Below, piece after piece: positions 8,788 through 18,029 of a stretch of 30,172 nt of DNA (positions are counted from its first letter, which is position 1; each line of letters begins with the position of its first letter). The translations under genes were made by a program, and so were the position numbers. The notes beneath the pieces are model-generated. The model saw nothing but the letters and a program-made list of their open reading frames with translations. It did not search any database and was not told where the DNA came from. The stretch is from Xanthobacteraceae bacterium (lineage in GTDB: Bacteria > Pseudomonadota > Alphaproteobacteria > Rhizobiales > Xanthobacteraceae): assembly GCA_030040825.1 (NCBI GenBank), contig JASHSY010000092.1:1-30172 (forward strand), in the 5' to 3' direction.

Positions 8788-9813
8788 TCAGCGCGCGACG
8801 CGTATCAGTGCCTTGCCGAAATTTTTTCCTTCCAGCAGGCCCATGAAGGCAGCCGGAGCATTTTCGAAGCCGTCGGTCACGTCTTCGCGGTAGCGGATGC
8901 GCCCGTCGGCAATACCGGCGGCGACGATGCGCAGGAAGTCGGCATAGTGCCCGGCGACAAATTCGGTGTTGATGAAGCCGCGCAGCGTGAGGCTCTTGGT
9001 CAACACTGCGCGCATGGTCGCCGGCAACAGATTCGGTCCGGTTGGCTGTCCGGCCGTGTTATAGTGAGCGATCAGTCCACAGACCGGCACGCGCGCGTAG
9101 GTATTAAGCAGCGGCAGCACCGCTTGCCACACAGCGCCGCCGACATTTTCAAAGTAAACGTCGATACCTTTCGGACAAGCGGCGGCAAGCTGTTCTGCCA
9201 AGTCTGGTGCGCGATGATCGATGCAAGCATCGAAGCGTAGATCGTCGACGACATAACGGCATTTCTCGGGGCCGCCGGCGATGCCGACCGCGCGGGCGCC
9301 GGCGATTTTGGCAAGCTGGCCGACGAGCGAGCCGACCGGACCGCTCGCCGCGGCGACGACGACAGTTTCGCCGGCTTTCGGCTTGCCGAGAACATGTAAG
9401 CCGGAATAAGCCGTGAAGCCGGGCATACCGAGTACGCCGAGCCCGGTCGTGATCGGCGCCTGCTTCGGATCGAGCTTGCGGAGTGCCGGACCGTCCCACG
9501 CGGCGTGCGTGCGCCAACCGCTATGCGCGAGCACTATGTCACCCTTGGCGTAGCCCGGACGATCGGATTGCACCACTTCGCAAACGCTCTCGCCGCGCAT
9601 CGGCTCGCCAATTTCGACCGACTTGGCGTAGGATTTGGCGTCATCCATGCGGCCGCGCATATACGGATCGAGCGACAGATAAAGCACCCGCAGCAGGAGC
9701 CCGCCGGGCGGCAGTTGCGGCATCGGGATGTCTTCCAGCCGGAAATTCGCCGCCGTCGGTGGTCCCTTGGGCCGCGACGCTAATACGATCTGCCTAGCCA
9801 ACGGCTCGGTCAT
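8788..9813 (-). CDS. NADP-dependent oxidoreductase (MDR superfamily, CurA/prostaglandin reductase-like)
   Basis: Motifs YLSLDPYMRGRM, LGVLGMPGFTAY, VVVAAASGPVGS and YFENVGG; AGGAG RBS. Confidence 0.94.
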   Translation of the reverse strand: MTEPLARQIVLASRPKGPPTAANFRLEDIPMPQLPPGGLLLRVLYLSLDPYMRGRMDDAKSYAKSVEIGEPMRGESVCEVVQSDRPGYAKGDIVLAHSGWRTHAAWDGPALRKLDPKQAPITTGLGVLGMPGFTAYSGLHVLGKPKAGETVVVAAASGPVGSLVGQLAKIAGARAVGIAGGPEKCRYVVDDLRFDACIDHRAPDLAEQLAAACPKGIDVYFENVGGAVWQAVLPLLNTYARVPVCGLIAHYNTAGQPTGPNLLPATMRAVLTKSLTLRGFINTEFVAGHYADFLRIVAAGIADGRIRYREDVTDGFENAPAAFMGLLEGKNFGKALIRVAR

Positions 9814-9895
9814 TGTCGTCTCCTGTCAACGCGCTGCGCCAGTCTAGCGGAACGCGCGCGGGGTGAAATGAAAAGCCCGACCTTATGGGGAGCCG

Positions 9896-11248
9896 CTATG
9901 CCGCGCGGACGCGGCTAAAGAAGGTGGCGACTTTCGTTTCCAAGTCGTTGGCGCGGGCGGAAAGTCGGCCGGTCCAGGTGGTGATTTGGTCGACGGCGCC
10001 GACGCCTCGGGTAACCGCCTTGTCGACAGCGTTGATTTCGACTGAAGCCTGCGCCGTGTGGCCGGCGGCGTTATGGATGCTCTCGGCGATGCCGCGCGTG
10101 GTCATGCTTTGCTGCTGCACCGCCGACGCGATGCTGGTCGAGACGGCGGTGAGCTTGCCGATAGTGCGGGCGATCGACGAAATCTCATCAACCGAACGCT
10201 TGGTCGCCTCCTGAATGGCGGCGACCTGCTGTGAGATATCGCCAGTGGCATGCGACGTCTGATTAGCGAGCGTCTTGACCTCGGCGGCAACCACCGCAAA
10301 GCCTTTGCCCGCTTCGCCGGCCCGCGCCGCCTCGATCGTGGCGTTGAGCGCCAACAAGTTGGTTTGCGCCGCAATGGCGGAGATAGTGCCGACCACGGAC
10401 CCGATCCGCTCGGCCGCGTCATTGAGCGAGCCGATGACACTTTGGGTGCGCTCGGTGTCGGCGGCTGCCGATTGCGCCATGTCGAGGCCGTTCGTCGCCT
10501 GCTGGCCGATCTCCTGAATCGATCCGGATAATTCTTCCGTCGCTGTCACTGTCGCCGACATGCGCAGCGAAGTTTCCGCCGATGCCGACGATGCCGATGT
10601 CATGCGCTTGAGCGTTTCGTCCGCCGCTTCTCGCAGTGTCGCGCTGGTTCCGCTCAAGGAAGCTGACGCTTCCTTGATTGCTCCGATGACCTCGCCGATC
10701 GCGGTATCGAAATCCGCGATCGCTGCATCGATCGCGCTCCGTCTGGCCTGTGCCGCGTGCTCCGCAGCCTGGCGATGCAGCGACATTGCGTTGGAGACGT
10801 CGAAGTTGATGACTTTGGCAATGACGCAGCCGCGCTCTGCGATTTTGGCCGGCGAGAACCGGTATTTGCCGGCTAGTACGCCGAGCGCCATCTGTATGAC
10901 GAAGCTCCCGGAGGTACTGCGGATGCGGGCGTCAAAGCCCATCTCGGCTTCTTGCTGTACGGTTCGTTGGCACAATTCAGCATAGTTTCGGTCAAGCCTA
11001 CCGCCGAGTAGCGCCTGGAAATGCGCGACTTCGAGCTTTTTGATCGTTTCGCCATGCTCGGCCACCGTTTCCGCGCGGCTCGGCAGCGTCCTAATAGCGG
11101 CAATAACTTCGTCAATCGTGCGCTCGAGATGCGGCGCCAGCAGCGGCCAGATTTCGACGAGCAAGGACCGGGTCCGGCCGTCGATCCTGTGCATCGCCAG
11201 GCGCGTTTCGAAGACTGGAATCGGCGCGATCGGATCCATGATGGGCAC
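9896..11248 (-). CDS. Soluble methyl-accepting chemotaxis protein with an N-terminal protoglobin-like domain
   Basis: MCP hairpin [37 protein letters not shown]; no TM segment; N-terminus aligns by eye with the HemAT globin. Start is 11248 (GTG) or 11239 (ATG). Confidence 0.9.
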   Translation of the reverse strand: MPIMDPIAPIPVFETRLAMHRIDGRTRSLLVEIWPLLAPHLERTIDEVIAAIRTLPSRAETVAEHGETIKKLEVAHFQALLGGRLDRNYAELCQRTVQQEAEMGFDARIRSTSGSFVIQMALGVLAGKYRFSPAKIAERGCVIAKVINFDVSNAMSLHRQAAEHAAQARRSAIDAAIADFDTAIGEVIGAIKEASASLSGTSATLREAADETLKRMTSASSASAETSLRMSATVTATEELSGSIQEIGQQATNGLDMAQSAAADTERTQSVIGSLNDAAERIGSVVGTISAIAAQTNLLALNATIEAARAGEAGKGFAVVAAEVKTLANQTSHATGDISQQVAAIQEATKRSVDEISSIARTIGKLTAVSTSIASAVQQQSMTTRGIAESIHNAAGHTAQASVEINAVDKAVTRGVGAVDQITTWTGRLSARANDLETKVATFFSRVRAA

Positions 11249-11429
11249 AGCAGGTCTGGGCGCGGACCGCCATGTTCGCCGACAATGGTTGCTTGAGTGT
11301 GAACGAGACGTTACCGGATACCGCCACTCGTACTTTTGCTGCGCGTCATAATGGCGTCCGTCTATTTGCCTCTATATGAAAAACGGGAGGCCCGAGCCCC
11401 CCGTGCGCCGATAGCCGCGATTGCCTTGC

Positions 11430-11765
11430 CTAGCGAAGTACGGCGAGGGTCACCTGCGCGAGGCCGGAAAATCCCAACGCACGTGCGGCGGCGGGCGTTA
11501 CGTCGATTATGCGCCCGCGGACGAACGGTCCGCGATCGACAATACGAAGGACGACCGAGCGGCCGGTATTGCGGTTGGTGACACGTACCCTGGTGCCAAA
11601 TGGAAGCGTTCGGTGCGCTGCCACCAGGCTCGCGGCTGTTACGCGTTCACCGCTGGCGGTACGACCGCCTGGATAGACCGAAGCGATTCCACTTTGCGCC
11701 AACGCAGTCATCGGTGCGCCGACGATCAGCGCCGCCAGAGCGATTGAGTACACAAAATTTTTCAT
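11430..11765 (-). CDS. RlpA-like (DPBB) lytic transglycosylase family protein, secreted, single domain
   Basis: Motifs TASGE, AAHRTLPFGTRVRVTN and DRGPF..RIIDVTPAAA. Signal peptide ends in ALA and has no lipobox Cys. An alternative start is 11783. Confidence 0.9.
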   Translation of the reverse strand: MKNFVYSIALAALIVGAPMTALAQSGIASVYPGGRTASGERVTAASLVAAHRTLPFGTRVRVTNRNTGRSVVLRIVDRGPFVRGRIIDVTPAAARALGFSGLAQVTLAVLR

Positions 11766-11948
11766 CAGGCTATTGCCAGCCATGATTTGCCTTTTCGATT
11801 GTTATGGGGAGGGCGATGCGGCTCATTGCGTTGTGAGCCGACGGCTTTTCATGACCAGCACAATGTGGAGATATTGCGGCGCAGCAAAACAGTGGAACCC
11901 CGACCCACGGTCGTGGTCCCGTAGTTTATCGTCCGGCGATTAACGAAA

Positions 11949-13583
11949 TTACTCGGCTGCGACCGCAGTTGGTAGCACGTGATCCTTGAACTGATCGCGC
12001 AGCGCAGTTTTCAGAATCTTTCCGGTTGCCGTGTGGGGGATCGCTTTGACGAAAACGATATCGTCCGGCATCCACCAGGTTGCGATCTTGCCCTTGAGGA
12101 ATCCGAGGATTTCTTCTTTCGTTGCTGGCTGGCCCTCTTTGAGCACGATGATCAAAAGCGGTCGCTCGTCCCACTTTGGATGGCGCACGCCGATCACCGC
12201 CGCTTCCGCTACTTTGGGATGACCGACGGCAAGGTTTTCCAGATCGATCGACGATATCCATTCGCCGCCAGATTTGATCACGTCCTTGGAGCGGTCGGTG
12301 ATCTGCATATAGCCGTGCGGATCCATGGTGCCGACGTCGCCGGTATCGAAAAAACCGTCGCGGTCAATCGCGTCGCCCACCTTGTAATAACCTTTAGCGA
12401 CGGCGAAGCCCCGTACTTTGATCCGACCGAAGGTCTTGCCGTCCCAGGGCAGCGAACGGTTCTCATCGTCGGTGATTTTCATTTCGACGCCGAACGGCGT
12501 GTAGCCCTGCTTCTGCTTGACGTCCAGCAGCGCGTCGCCCTTGAGGTTGGCGTATTCCGGCTTGATGGAGCCGACGGTGCCGAGCGGGCTCATTTCAGTC
12601 ATCCCCCAGGCATGGAAAACCTGGACGCCGTAGTCCTCTTCGAAGGCCTTGATCATCGCGCGCGGACAAGCCGAGCCGCCGATGACGACGCGTTCCAGAT
12701 ACGGGAGCTTGACGCCGGATTTTTCCAGATGTTGCAGCAGTGCCAGCCACACCGTGGGAACGGCGCCGGTGCAGGTCACCTTATAGTCGTTCAGCAGTTC
12801 GTAAACTGACGGCCCATCAAGCTTCGCCCCGGGCATGACCATCGAGGCCCCGGCCATCGGGGCGGAGAAAGCGAGCCCCCAGCTGTTGGCATGGAACATC
12901 GGCACGATCGGCAGGATAACGTCGTTGGACGAAATGCCGATCGCGTCCGGCTGCAATGACAGCATCGTATGCAGCACATTTGACCGGTGCGAATAAAGCA
13001 CCCCTTTGGGATCGCCGGTGGTGCCGGAGGTGTAGCACATGCCGGCTGCGGTATTTTCTTCGAACTCTTTCCAAGCGAAATCGCCGTCCGCGCCGCTAAG
13101 CCATTCTTCGTAGGCGACTGCGTTGCGCAGCGAGGTCTGCGGCATGTGTGCAGCGTCGGTAAACACAATATAGCGCTCGACGCGCGGCAGCTTGTCGGCG
13201 ATCTTTTCGAGCAGCGGCAAGAAAGTGACATCGGTCATCATCACCCGATCTTCGGCATGATTGATGATCCATATGATCTGGTCGGGAAACAGTCGCGGAT
13301 TGACGGTGTGATAAATCGCGCCGATACCGAGGATGCCGTACCAACTCTCCAGGTGCCGCCAGGTATTCCAAGCCAGCGTCGCAACGCGGTCGCCGAGCTT
13401 GATACCGTCGCGGTCGAGTTGCTGCGCGACGCGTAACGCGCGGGCGCGGATTTCGGTGTAGTTGGTGCGGTGGATCGGCCCCTCGAGCGAGCGGGTGATC
13501 ACCTCACGCCCGGCGTGATTGAGTGCGGCATGGTCGATAATGCGGTGGCACAGGAGCGGCCAATCTTGCATGAGCCCGAGCAT
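11949..13583 (-). CDS. Fatty-acid--CoA ligase (AlkK/DmdB-like AMP-binding enzyme)
   Basis: Motifs YTSGTTGDPKG, AWGMTE, DRSKDVIKSGGEWISS and HPKWDERP; GGAGG RBS. Confidence 0.95.
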   Translation of the reverse strand: MLGLMQDWPLLCHRIIDHAALNHAGREVITRSLEGPIHRTNYTEIRARALRVAQQLDRDGIKLGDRVATLAWNTWRHLESWYGILGIGAIYHTVNPRLFPDQIIWIINHAEDRVMMTDVTFLPLLEKIADKLPRVERYIVFTDAAHMPQTSLRNAVAYEEWLSGADGDFAWKEFEENTAAGMCYTSGTTGDPKGVLYSHRSNVLHTMLSLQPDAIGISSNDVILPIVPMFHANSWGLAFSAPMAGASMVMPGAKLDGPSVYELLNDYKVTCTGAVPTVWLALLQHLEKSGVKLPYLERVVIGGSACPRAMIKAFEEDYGVQVFHAWGMTEMSPLGTVGSIKPEYANLKGDALLDVKQKQGYTPFGVEMKITDDENRSLPWDGKTFGRIKVRGFAVAKGYYKVGDAIDRDGFFDTGDVGTMDPHGYMQITDRSKDVIKSGGEWISSIDLENLAVGHPKVAEAAVIGVRHPKWDERPLLIIVLKEGQPATKEEILGFLKGKIATWWMPDDIVFVKAIPHTATGKILKTALRDQFKDHVLPTAVAAE

Positions 13584-13802
13584 GGAAATTCCTCCAGGAC
13601 TGTTTTCTCTGTTGTTGTTGCTCCGTCACACGGAGACAGATGACGCTTCCGACGGTCAATTTAGCCGGGCGTGGCGGCGAAGAAAATGCCGACTTTGTTC
13701 GCAGGCCCGGCAGTGCACCCTTGAACGGGGACATGCCAGCCGGGTAAAGCAAGGACTTCGACACTGGGCAACGGGTAAACGATCGGGCCGGGACTCTGTT
13801 GC

Positions 13803-14744
13803 GTGAAGGGCATCATCCTCATTGCTACGTTGCTCGGCGCTATCAGCGTTGCGGCGGCGCAGGAGAACACCGTTCCAGCGGCAAAGCAGCGCCATAGCGC
13901 GACGCAGATGCCGCTTCGCCTCTTGCCAGCGCGGCTGCCGCGAACCCGGCCGCCGCAGCCGATGGGCATTCCCGAGCAATATGGAGCACCACAAGAAGCC
14001 TACGCCGGTTTTCCGGAGCGTTCGAGTGCTGCGCCCACCGCGCCGTCGGCCTGCCAGGCGCGGCTGGAAAAGATTGCCACCTTCAAGCCGCTGCCGGTGC
14101 TGTCCGGTCCTGGCGAGTGCGGCGCTACCGACGCGGTGCTTCTCGACAGTGTGTTGCTAGACGGTCAAACAGCGGCTCCGCTGACCCCTCCGGCTACACT
14201 TCGTTGCACCATGGCCGAGGCGGTTGCCGATTGGGTGCGGGAAGATGTCGCGCCCGCGGCGCTCAAGCTCGGCTCACCGCTCCGCGGCGTGGACAACTTC
14301 GATTCATACGAATGTCGCGGGCGGAACCGTGTGCGCGGCGCCACGCTCAGCGAGCACGGCCGTGCCAACGCTCTCGACGTGCGCGGAATTCGGCTGGCCA
14401 ATGGCGAGATGCTCAGGCTGACCGACGTCAATGCCGCCAAGGCGTGGCGCGAGACGATGCGTGCAAGCGCCTGTGCGCGCTTTTCAACCGTGCTGGGCCC
14501 GGGCTCGGACGGCAATCATGAAGATCATATTCATCTCGATCTCGCCGAGCGGCGCGGCGGCTACAAGACCTGCGAGTGGGATGTACGCGAGCCGGTCAAG
14601 CAGGCGGAGAAGAGCGAGCCCTCGGCCGAGAGCGGCAGCGCCAAGCTCGAGGAGATACCATTGCCGCGTCCACGCCCGGTCGCCAACGCCGCCGACGAGG
14701 CGCAAGTCCGGGGCAAAAGAGCACGCTCTCAGCTCATTCGATGA
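13803..14744 (+). CDS. Extensin-like family protein (secreted, Extensin-like_C domain)
   Basis: Signal peptide and Pro-rich linker; motifs SYECRGRN, SEHGRANALD and HEDHIHLD. Confidence 0.88.
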   Translation: MKGIILIATLLGAISVAAAQENTVPAAKQRHSATQMPLRLLPARLPRTRPPQPMGIPEQYGAPQEAYAGFPERSSAAPTAPSACQARLEKIATFKPLPVLSGPGECGATDAVLLDSVLLDGQTAAPLTPPATLRCTMAEAVADWVREDVAPAALKLGSPLRGVDNFDSYECRGRNRVRGATLSEHGRANALDVRGIRLANGEMLRLTDVNAAKAWRETMRASACARFSTVLGPGSDGNHEDHIHLDLAERRGGYKTCEWDVREPVKQAEKSEPSAESGSAKLEEIPLPRPRPVANAADEAQVRGKRARSQLIR

Positions 14745-14779
14745 AAAATCTGCCGAGCCGGACGCGTAACTTCGCGCGA

Positions 14780-15454
14780 TCACGGCCGCTGATTGATCGT
14801 CTTGACCCGCCATCCGGCGTTTTGTTGACCCTGGTAATGATCGAGCCGGGTCAGCGAGCAATTGTCGATCATGAATGCAAAGCCGCCGCGCGGCTCCAGT
14901 CCGAGCGCAAGCGTAATAGCCGCGCGGATGGTTCCGCCGTGCGTCACCGCGACAATATCGCGGCCTGGATGCGCCTGGGTAACACGGCCGATCGCGCCGC
15001 CCACGCGTTCCAGCAGATCGACGAAGCTTTCGCCGTTCGGTGCGCGTTCGTCGGCTGTCGCGTACCAAAACGAATCCGGCGCTTGGTTGCGGTTCAACAG
15101 AAACTCGCGACGATCCAGCCCTTGCCAGTCGCCGAGATGCTGTTCGGCAAGGTCCTTGTCCTGGATAAATTCCGGCGCCGGGTCGAAATTACCGGCCGTC
15201 CAAATCGCCCGTGCAGTCTGGTGGGTACGTGCAAGGTGGCTGGTGATCCAGATGGCGTTCCGCGGCAGGAGTGCCGCCAGACCGGCGAAGGAGCGCGCGT
15301 CACTGCAGTCGCAGGGCAGATCCGTCTGCCCGTAGATACGACCGCCGTCCACAACGACCGGTGCATGGCGAATCCACCACCAACGTGTGCGCACAAAACC
15401 GTCGGCTTCGGCTTTGGCGGCAACGAGGTCATCAAGTGTCGCCGTTTCAGACAA
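14780..15454 (-). CDS. Histidine phosphatase (phosphoglycerate mutase/CobC-like) family protein
   Basis: Motifs WWIRHAP, LAEQHLGDWQG, GESF and VTHGGTIRA. Confidence 0.9.
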   Translation of the reverse strand: MSETATLDDLVAAKAEADGFVRTRWWWIRHAPVVVDGGRIYGQTDLPCDCSDARSFAGLAALLPRNAIWITSHLARTHQTARAIWTAGNFDPAPEFIQDKDLAEQHLGDWQGLDRREFLLNRNQAPDSFWYATADERAPNGESFVDLLERVGGAIGRVTQAHPGRDIVAVTHGGTIRAAITLALGLEPRGGFAFMIDNCSLTRLDHYQGQQNAGWRVKTINQRP

Positions 15455-15565
15455 ACTCGATCCTGTTCTATTTGGCTTCGATTATGGGCGGCGACCTGAT
15501 TACGGGCTCCCGTGCCTGCGTTCAAGCGTCGCGCCGTGCGCAAATGCAGACCCATGAGACAGGCT

Positions 15566-15594
15566 TTGACGGCGTGGCGGTGACGCAATAGACC
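15566..15594 (+). promoter_or_regulatory. Candidate sigma70 promoter of the aminotransferase-phosphoesterase pair
   Basis: TTGACG-N17-TAGACC, 34 nt before the ATG. Confidence 0.5.
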
Positions 15595-15628
15595 TGAAAA
15601 TAACCGCAAATACCGCTAGAAGGTCAGC

Positions 15629-17017
15629 ATGTCTCCGCTTAGCAACCTTGCCGTCCGCGACGTCGAAACGTTAGTGCATCCTTACGCCAATCTCGCACGC
15701 TTCCGCGAGACCGGGCCGCTGATCATCGAGCGCGGTCAAGGCGTCTACGTCTACGACACCGAGGGTAAACCTTACATCGAGGGCATGGCCGGCCTGTGGT
15801 GCACGGCGCTTGGCTACGGCAACGAAGAGTTGGTCGAGGCCGCCGCCACGCAGATGCGTAAGCTGTCATTCGCCCACCTGTTTACCGGCAGGAGCCACGA
15901 CCCGGCCATCGAACTGGCCGAAAAGCTCAAAGAGATAGCGCCGGTGCCGATCTCCAAGGTTTTTTTCTGCAATTCCGGATCGGAAGCGAACGACACGCAG
16001 ATCAAGCTGGTCTGGTATCTCAACAACGCGCGCGGCAAGCCGGATAAAAAGAAGATCATCAGCCGGATGAAGGCCTATCACGGCGTCACAGTCGCGGCTG
16101 CATCGCTTACCGGCATTGCCGGCAATCATCGCGACTTCGACATTCCGCTGCCCGGTTTTCTGCACGCCGGCTGCCCGCACCACTACCGTTTCGCGCACGA
16201 AAGCGAGACCGAGGAGGAGTTTGCCAGCCGGCTAGCTGACGAGCTTGAGGCGCTCGTGGTCAAGGAAGGCCCCGATACAGTGGCGGCTTTCATTGCCGAG
16301 CCGGTGATGGGGGCGGGTGGCGTCATCGTGCCGCCGACAACGTACTTCCCCAAGCTTATGGCGGTATGCGCCAAGCACGATGTGTTCGTGATCAGCGACG
16401 AAGTGATCTGCGGATTCGGCCGGCTCGGCACCATGTTCGGCTGCGAGAAGCTTGGGTTCAAGCCGCAATCGATCTCCGTCGCCAAGGCGTTGTCGTCGGC
16501 CTATCTGCCGATCGCCGCGGTGATGATTCCAGAGTTGATGTACGAGGCGTTATTGGCCGAAAGCAAAAAGATTGGTCTGTTCGGCCATGGGTTTACCTAC
16601 GGTGGTCATCCGGTTTCGGCCGCGGTCGCGCTCAAGGCGATCGAGATTTACGTGCGCGACCGCATCATCGAAAAAGCCGCCAAGCGCGCGCCACTGTTCC
16701 AGGCACGGCTCATGGCGCTCAATGAGCATGCGCTGGTCGGCGAGGCGCGCGGCGTCGGCTTGATTGGCGGCGTCGAACTGGTTGCGGATAAAGCCAGCAA
16801 GCGTTCATTCGACCCGAAACACGGTCTCGGTGCGCAAGTGGTGCGTTTTGCCGAACAGGAAGGCCTGATCGTGCGGGTCGTCGCCGGTGACGTGCTGACG
16901 ATTGCGCCGCCGCTGGTGATCGGTGCGGCGCAGATAGAGGAATTGTTCAATCGATTGACGCGCGCTCTCGATAAAGCGCTCGACTGGGTGACCCGCGAAC
17001 GGCTCGCGCAAGCGTGA
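15629..17017 (+). CDS. Class III PLP-dependent aminotransferase (omega-amino acid/amine transaminase-like)
   Basis: Motifs AGLWC, SGSEANDT, FIAEPVMGAGG, SDEVICGFGR, SVAKAL (PLP Lys) and HGFTYGGHP. Confidence 0.95.
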   Translation: MSPLSNLAVRDVETLVHPYANLARFRETGPLIIERGQGVYVYDTEGKPYIEGMAGLWCTALGYGNEELVEAAATQMRKLSFAHLFTGRSHDPAIELAEKLKEIAPVPISKVFFCNSGSEANDTQIKLVWYLNNARGKPDKKKIISRMKAYHGVTVAAASLTGIAGNHRDFDIPLPGFLHAGCPHHYRFAHESETEEEFASRLADELEALVVKEGPDTVAAFIAEPVMGAGGVIVPPTTYFPKLMAVCAKHDVFVISDEVICGFGRLGTMFGCEKLGFKPQSISVAKALSSAYLPIAAVMIPELMYEALLAESKKIGLFGHGFTYGGHPVSAAVALKAIEIYVRDRIIEKAAKRAPLFQARLMALNEHALVGEARGVGLIGGVELVADKASKRSFDPKHGLGAQVVRFAEQEGLIVRVVAGDVLTIAPPLVIGAAQIEELFNRLTRALDKALDWVTRERLAQA

Positions 17018-17961
17018 TTGGCGGCACGGTGAACCGTGCGGATGGAATCGAAATCGTGACGGAAGTGATTGCCTCGCCGTCTGCTCAAGCGCGCCTCAGC
17101 CGACGCCGCGTTCTCGCTGGGGCTGCCGGCCTGGTTGGCGTTTCGCTCGCCGCGACTGCCGGATACGCGGCCGCGATCGAGCCCAAAGGTCTCGGGGTGA
17201 CGCGCTATGCGCTTAATCCTCCGGCTTGGCCGGCGGGGCGCAAGCTGTCCGTCACGGTGATCGCGGATCTGCACGTGGGCGGGCCGGACATGACGCTCGC
17301 GCATGTTCGCCGCGTGGTTGAGACCGCCAATCTCCTGCGATCGGATTTGATCGTGCTGCTGGGCGATTACACGGCCTCGTATTGGATCGCCAACACCAAG
17401 GTTCCTTACCACGATTGGTCCGCAGAATTGGCGCGGCTTTCCGCTCCGCTGGGCACTTGGGCGATACTCGGCAACCACGATTGGTGGCACGATCTGGCCG
17501 GCGTCCGGCGGGCACTCGCCGACGCCCATATTCCGGTGCTGGAAAACAAAGCGGTCATGCTTGGCGGCGAGGGTCGCCGACTTTGGCTCGCCGGCCTCGG
17601 CGATCAAATCGCTTTCCGTCTCGGGCCTCATCGGTTCCGCGGCGTCGACGACCTGCCGGCAACGCTGTCTGAGGTCAAAACCGACGACCCGGTGCTGTTG
17701 CTGGTGCATGAGCCGGACATTTTTCCAAGCGTACCATCGCGCGTCGCACTGACGCTGGCCGGCCATACCCATGGCGGACAAATCCGCGTGCCGCTGATCT
17801 GGCCGGCCTTCGTGCCATCGCAATATGGCGCGCGCTTCGCCTATGGCCACATCGTCGAGCGGGGCCGGCACTTGATTGTGTCGGGCGGACTAGGCACCAG
17901 CGTGATTCCGGCGCGGCTGGGCGTGCCTCCGGAAATCGTGCGGGTCGATCTTGGCGCTTGA
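17014..17961 (+). CDS. Metallophosphoesterase (calcineurin-like, YkuE/YaeI type)
   Basis: Motifs IADLH, LLGDY, ILGNHD, LVHEP and AGHTHGG; SRRRVL followed by a hydrophobic stretch; GTGA overlap with the upstream gene. Confidence 0.92.
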   Translation: MIGGTVNRADGIEIVTEVIASPSAQARLSRRRVLAGAAGLVGVSLAATAGYAAAIEPKGLGVTRYALNPPAWPAGRKLSVTVIADLHVGGPDMTLAHVRRVVETANLLRSDLIVLLGDYTASYWIANTKVPYHDWSAELARLSAPLGTWAILGNHDWWHDLAGVRRALADAHIPVLENKAVMLGGEGRRLWLAGLGDQIAFRLGPHRFRGVDDLPATLSEVKTDDPVLLLVHEPDIFPSVPSRVALTLAGHTHGGQIRVPLIWPAFVPSQYGARFAYGHIVERGRHLIVSGGLGTSVIPARLGVPPEIVRVDLGA

Positions 17962-17967
17962 GCTGAC

Positions 17968-18002
17968 GAAAGAGAAAGGGCGCCGAACCGAGTCCGGCGC
18001 CC
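17968..18002 (-). terminator. Intrinsic terminator downstream of the L,D-transpeptidase gene
   Basis: 8-bp stem GGGCGCCG (17978-17985)/CGGCGCCC (17995-18002), followed on the minus strand by TTTCTCTTT. It lies between convergent genes. Confidence 0.7.
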
Positions 18003-18029
18003 CGATTTGCTGCCGCGTTTGTTGGATTG

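Noticed and set aside
11819-11854. 7-bp hairpin CGGCTCA/TGAGCCG overlapping a 9-codon ORF (MKSRRLTTQ) upstream of the RlpA-like gene
   Set aside because: No RBS, no informative codons and no U-tract on the minus strand; too weak to call an attenuator.
16648-17871. 407-aa minus-strand ORF
   Set aside because: Antisense to the aminotransferase and phosphoesterase genes; typical GC-bias shadow ORF.
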